From: Vicugna vicugna
Taxonomy: Eukaryota
Direction: 5' to 3'
Length of the DNA stretch: 64,000 nt
Assembly (NCBI GenBank): GCA_013265495.1
Contig: MU058714.1
Coordinates: 930,001-994,000 of the forward strand
A program made the translations under genes and the position numbers. Shown here piece after piece: positions 60,191 through 64,000 of the stretch. The notes under the pieces were generated by a model that saw only the letters and a list, made by a program, of their open reading frames with translations, ran no database searches and was not told where the DNA came from. Numbering within the stretch: the first letter of the stretch is position 1; the number at the start of each line of letters is the position of its first letter.

Positions 60191-62084
60191 ATTGTGATGG
60201 GAGGAGAAATGCTACCCTTTCCGCTGCTTAGAGGGGAGGACAGGGGCTAATCTGTGAACACACAGGGCGGTGCCTGGCTGGGGACAAGACAGCCACTGTG
60301 GAAATGAAGAGGGTCTGGTCCCCGAGTGCTCTGGTGAGCTGGGGTGCTAACCAGAAAGTGGAAAGGGTCGCAGAAAAGTGCTGGTGAGAAAAGCAGCTTC
60401 TAGATCAGGACCCTCATAGCACCCTGACCCCAGTGAGGCGGGGTCGGGGGAGGGCACCTGGTGTCTGAGCTCGCGGGCACGACACCTTCCCCTTGGGCGA
60501 CATTTCCTGGCGTGCAGCGTGTTTCACTCTCAGTCCCGCCGCAGCCCGTGCGGTGGAGCGGTCCCTAAGCCGTCTCCAGGCGCCCTCCTGCCGGCCTGTG
60601 CTCTGTCCCCTCCGCGGGGTGTGGGCAGATCCAGTTCTTTCCTGTCGGCACCTTTTACTGTTCCTGATCCCTTAGTTTGAAGGCTTTGGGTGAAAGAAAA
60701 GTGGTTTCTCTGCGTAAAAAGTTTAGAAACCCTCGCCACTGACGGTATTAGATGAAATCCACAGACAAGCAAGTGCGTCGTTAACGCAGTCGGCTTCCAG
60801 GGCATAACGGGTTCTGCTCCCGTCACAGACACGTCCCTGAGCCTGCAGTCTGCCTCAGCTGACCTCATAGAGCAGTTTTTTATGCAATTAGTTTGACAAT
60901 TAAGTGTGTTGTCTCGCAGTGTCTCCTGCTGGTGGTGTCAGCTGGATTTAAATCTGTTATGTGAACCTGTCAAGGATGCCGCGTATAAAGTAGATACTCG
61001 GGGAATGTTTATAGATCTGGGCTAACAAGCAGACGCACATTTGAGTAAACTACCTTTAGATGTGTCGTGATTCACTGGATGTGCTTGCGCTTTGATTGAT
61101 TTGTATGAAATGTAAAAGCAGAGAATTATTAACCCAAACCCGTGAATATAATGTACTGTTTGCAGCCAGCGTAAACCTGGGAGCTTCTCCGAGTTAAATC
61201 TTAGGGTTTAATCCTCTTTTCTAATTTCATCTATTTTTAAACATGGCAGAAACTGCTTACTGTCCTGGACCACAGATGGCGGCAGACACCATGGGATACG
61301 GTGCAGGGAACCGTGGCTCCAGCAGGACCCCTCTGTGCGGCCCTGGTGGCCGTCACGGGCAGGCCTTACCTCCGCCAGCTTGAGGGTCTTGAGGTCACGT
61401 TTTCCCACCAAGGATCCGTGGCGCACAGGCTGCGGGGCCTCTGGTGGCGGCCAGAGCAGTGTCTGCACTAAGCCGGTGATCTCAGAGGCAGGCACGGGGA
61501 GAGGGGCAGGTGGGATGTTGCCAGCCCCTCGGGAGCTGGGACGAGCAGTAAGAGGCCTTTTTAGCCCTCGGGTCAGAAGCAGGGAAGAGACGTTAACTCC
61601 CACGGACCCCCTTCCCCCTGGTGCCGTGAGCCTGTGTGGTGTGGCGAGGGGACAAGCAGGAGGCTTGCAGGCTGGGGACGAGGAGGTTAGATGCTCGTCC
61701 TTCTTTGCAGATGAAACAGCCATTGCTGCTAATGTCAGTCACAGGGCCCTGCCTGGCGTCCCCTGAGCGCTGCGGCCAACAGCGGCAGCGAGCACCCGCC
61801 CAGGCACAGCACGTCCTGGGCCGAAAAGCAGGCCTCGCCCAGCACGCTTTAGCTCATTGAAGTCACGCAAGAAAGCGCCTCGGCCACAGTGGGGTCAACC
61901 AGAAGTCGCAACAGACGGGAAACAGAAAATCAGCACATAATTGACGGGTCAGGGGTCTGAAGGGCAATGAAAGAAGATGCATGAGTCGAATGAAAGGGGC
62001 CGCCCTGCGTGTCCGCACCGGTCGGGTGCAGCCGGGGGAGCCGGGGCACTGGGCCCGGCGTTGGAGACCGGGCTCCCGTCCCCG

Positions 62085-62397
62085 TCACTCGGGCTCCTGT
62101 GACACAGCGCCGTGGACGGAGCAGCTCCCAGACAACTCAGGTTTGTTTCTCACAGTGTGGTGGCTGGAAGGCAGCTCCCTCGGGTGAGGGCCTCTTCCTG
62201 GCCGGCCCTGGGCCTGCTCGCCGCGCCCCACGTGCTGGGCGGGCTCGGGGGCTCCGCGCTGCGTTTCTGAGGGTACCGGCCCCAGTCGGGAGGGTTCGCC
62301 CTTGCCTCCCACAGGCCCCACCTCCTCACGCCATCACCTTTGGCGTTCAGGATTTCAGCAGGTGGATTTGGGGGATACAGCCATTCAGGCCATAGCA
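62085..62397 (-). mobile_element. MaLR LTR, MLT1A/B/C-like
   Basis: ggtttgtttctcacagtgtggtggctggaag...ccccacctcctcacgccatcacctttggcgttcaggatttcagcaggtggatttgggggatacagccattcaggccatagca. Confidence 0.8.
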
Positions 62398-62449
62398 CTG
62401 CCTCAGGAAACCAGAAGGGGAGGAAGCTAGTGCCCATGAGGGCGGAAGT

Positions 62450-63235
62450 CACTGGAACTGAAAACGAAGAAGTAGAGAATAACCCACGAGACAGAAACGA
62501 TTCTCAGAAACTAACACGGATGGAACTCTGGCAAGACCGACAAGGACAGAGAAGACTCGGGACCCTGCAGCCGTGGGAGGAGTAACGAGGGAGCACCCTG
62601 GACAGCTTTACGTTCGTGCCTTCGATGGCGCTGAAGAAGCGGGCCAGCTCCTCCAAAACCGCAAACCACCCAGTCTCCCCGGGACGGAACAGACAGCGTG
62701 AGTAATCACGAAGTGGGGTTTGCAATTTTAAAAGTTCCTGAGGAGGAAGTCTCCAGGCCCAGATGGCTTCACTAGAGGGTTCTGCCAACGTCTAGAGAGT
62801 TAACCGACCTCACAGTCTCCTCCAGAAAACGGAGAGGCAGGGAAAGACCTCCCAGGCGTGTTGTTACGACTGTGAAGCCAAGGTGGATGCACGTTACAAA
62901 AGGGGGACGAAGCTCCTGCAGACCGTCTCTCCCACAGACGTGCTCGCGAGGTAACTGCAGATCCGCTCTAGCATTCCCTAAAAAGAATTACACTCCCCGA
63001 CTGCGTGGGCTCTGTGCCAGGCATGCAAATCTGGTGTAATATTCAAAAAATCAATTAATGTAATCTGTCACACCAACAGACTAACGAAGAAGGATCCGCT
63101 CGCATCGACTGGCACACGGAAAAGCTTCTGACAAAATCCGACATCCTCCCTTGATTAAAAAAAAATCTCTTAGCAAACTAGGGTAGAGGGGAGCGCCTTC
63201 AGCCTGATAGCGTCTATAAAAGCCTCGTCCTCGGC
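62450..63235 (+). mobile_element. Ancient L1 ORF2 linker and RT start, sense to RPTOR, degenerate
   Basis: ctccaggcccagatggcttcactagag (PGPDGFT), aaagaattacactc...ccaggcatgcaaatctggtgtaatattcaaaaaatcaattaatgtaat, aaagcttctgacaaaatccgacatcc (KAFDKIQH-like). Confidence 0.9.
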
Positions 63236-64000
63236 GGTGAAAGACAGTGTCCCCCCAGGGTGGGCGCAACGCAGGGCGGGCCACTCTGACGTCCCCACCC
63301 ACGTGGGAGCTGGAGTTCCAGCCGGCACGGTCGGGCCGGGAAGGGGCGGCGTTTGTCCCTCAGGAGTCAGAGAGCAGAGCCACGGTGAGGCGCACCTCAC
63401 GCCCCGGGTGAGCAGAGTGGAAAGGGATCGCTGCGAGCCAGGCCAGGACACCGCTGGCAGGGACGCAAGACGTTGCAGCCGCTTCGGAAGGTGGTCTGAC
63501 AGGTCCTCAGATGCTCCACTTGGAGCTGCAGGCGACCCAGCGGCGACTGCACCCTGAGGTTTCTACCCAAGAGAACCGGAGACGTGTCCGCGCGGTTCAC
63601 GGGCGTCTCAGTGTCAAGCTCCCAGGGGTTTTGAGTGCCCCCTCGTCTTCAGTTGCTGAGTATCTGAGAGTAACTGGGGAGAAGAACTTGGCTGCAGTTT
63701 CTAGTCAAGCGTCTTCACTGAGTTATAGGAAGATTCCAGAGCATTCTAGAAACTGTTTGATGGTGACCAGTGCAATGACTTTAAGACAGTGGACGGCCGC
63801 TCGGGTGAACTCCCAGGACTGCCGTGACGCACTGACCCCCGAAGGCGCTCGCTCGCCAGCTGCCCTTGGAAGGGCGCAACCTGGGGACTCCCCACTGTCC
63901 CGACACGCCTAACCTGGCAGGGTGGCTTCTGCTCTCGGCCTCGACGTCACAGTTCCCAGCAGTAGGGACCCTTACTTCTAAATTGCTGTTTAATATTCGA

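Larger units (their letters stand above)
55412..64000 (+). other. RPTOR: RPTOR intron downstream of the 147-nt exon (partial)
   Basis: Starts GTGAGG. The next exon (VAAINP...) was not found before the window end. Confidence 0.88.

Overview
Mammalian genomic DNA, very GC- and CpG-rich, with one 264-N assembly gap. The window is an internal part of RPTOR (Raptor, the mTORC1 scaffold) on the + strand. It holds three coding exons of the caspase-like RNC domain at 6327-6409, 45283-45441 and 55265-55411, matching human exons 3-5 in length (83, 159 and 147 nt). The rest is intron. Four tRNA-derived SINEs with a tail related to ATAAACCTAATTACCTCCCCCC and artiodactyl-type L1 3' ends point to a camelid (inference). 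The introns carry ancient L1, L2, MIR, MLT1, MER20 and MER47A fossils, two minisatellites, a GAT/GGT expansion and two CpG islands. I see no new protein-coding gene and cannot support a wholly new biological system; the other ORFs in the track look like GC-content artefacts. The best signal is an AT-rich MER47A DNA-transposon fossil whose interior has been rewritten into a CpG island by A/T-to-G/C substitution, with similar patches in L1 fossils, as expected of a GC-biased gene conversion hotspot. Other leads are a CTCF site followed by an 8-copy minisatellite with a p53 half-site in every unit just after exon 4, an E-box/AP-1/E-box composite on the exon 5 branch region, and inverted repeat pairs around the two in-frame exons. 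Repeat family names and consensus comparisons are from memory and need RepeatMasker/Dfam confirmation.
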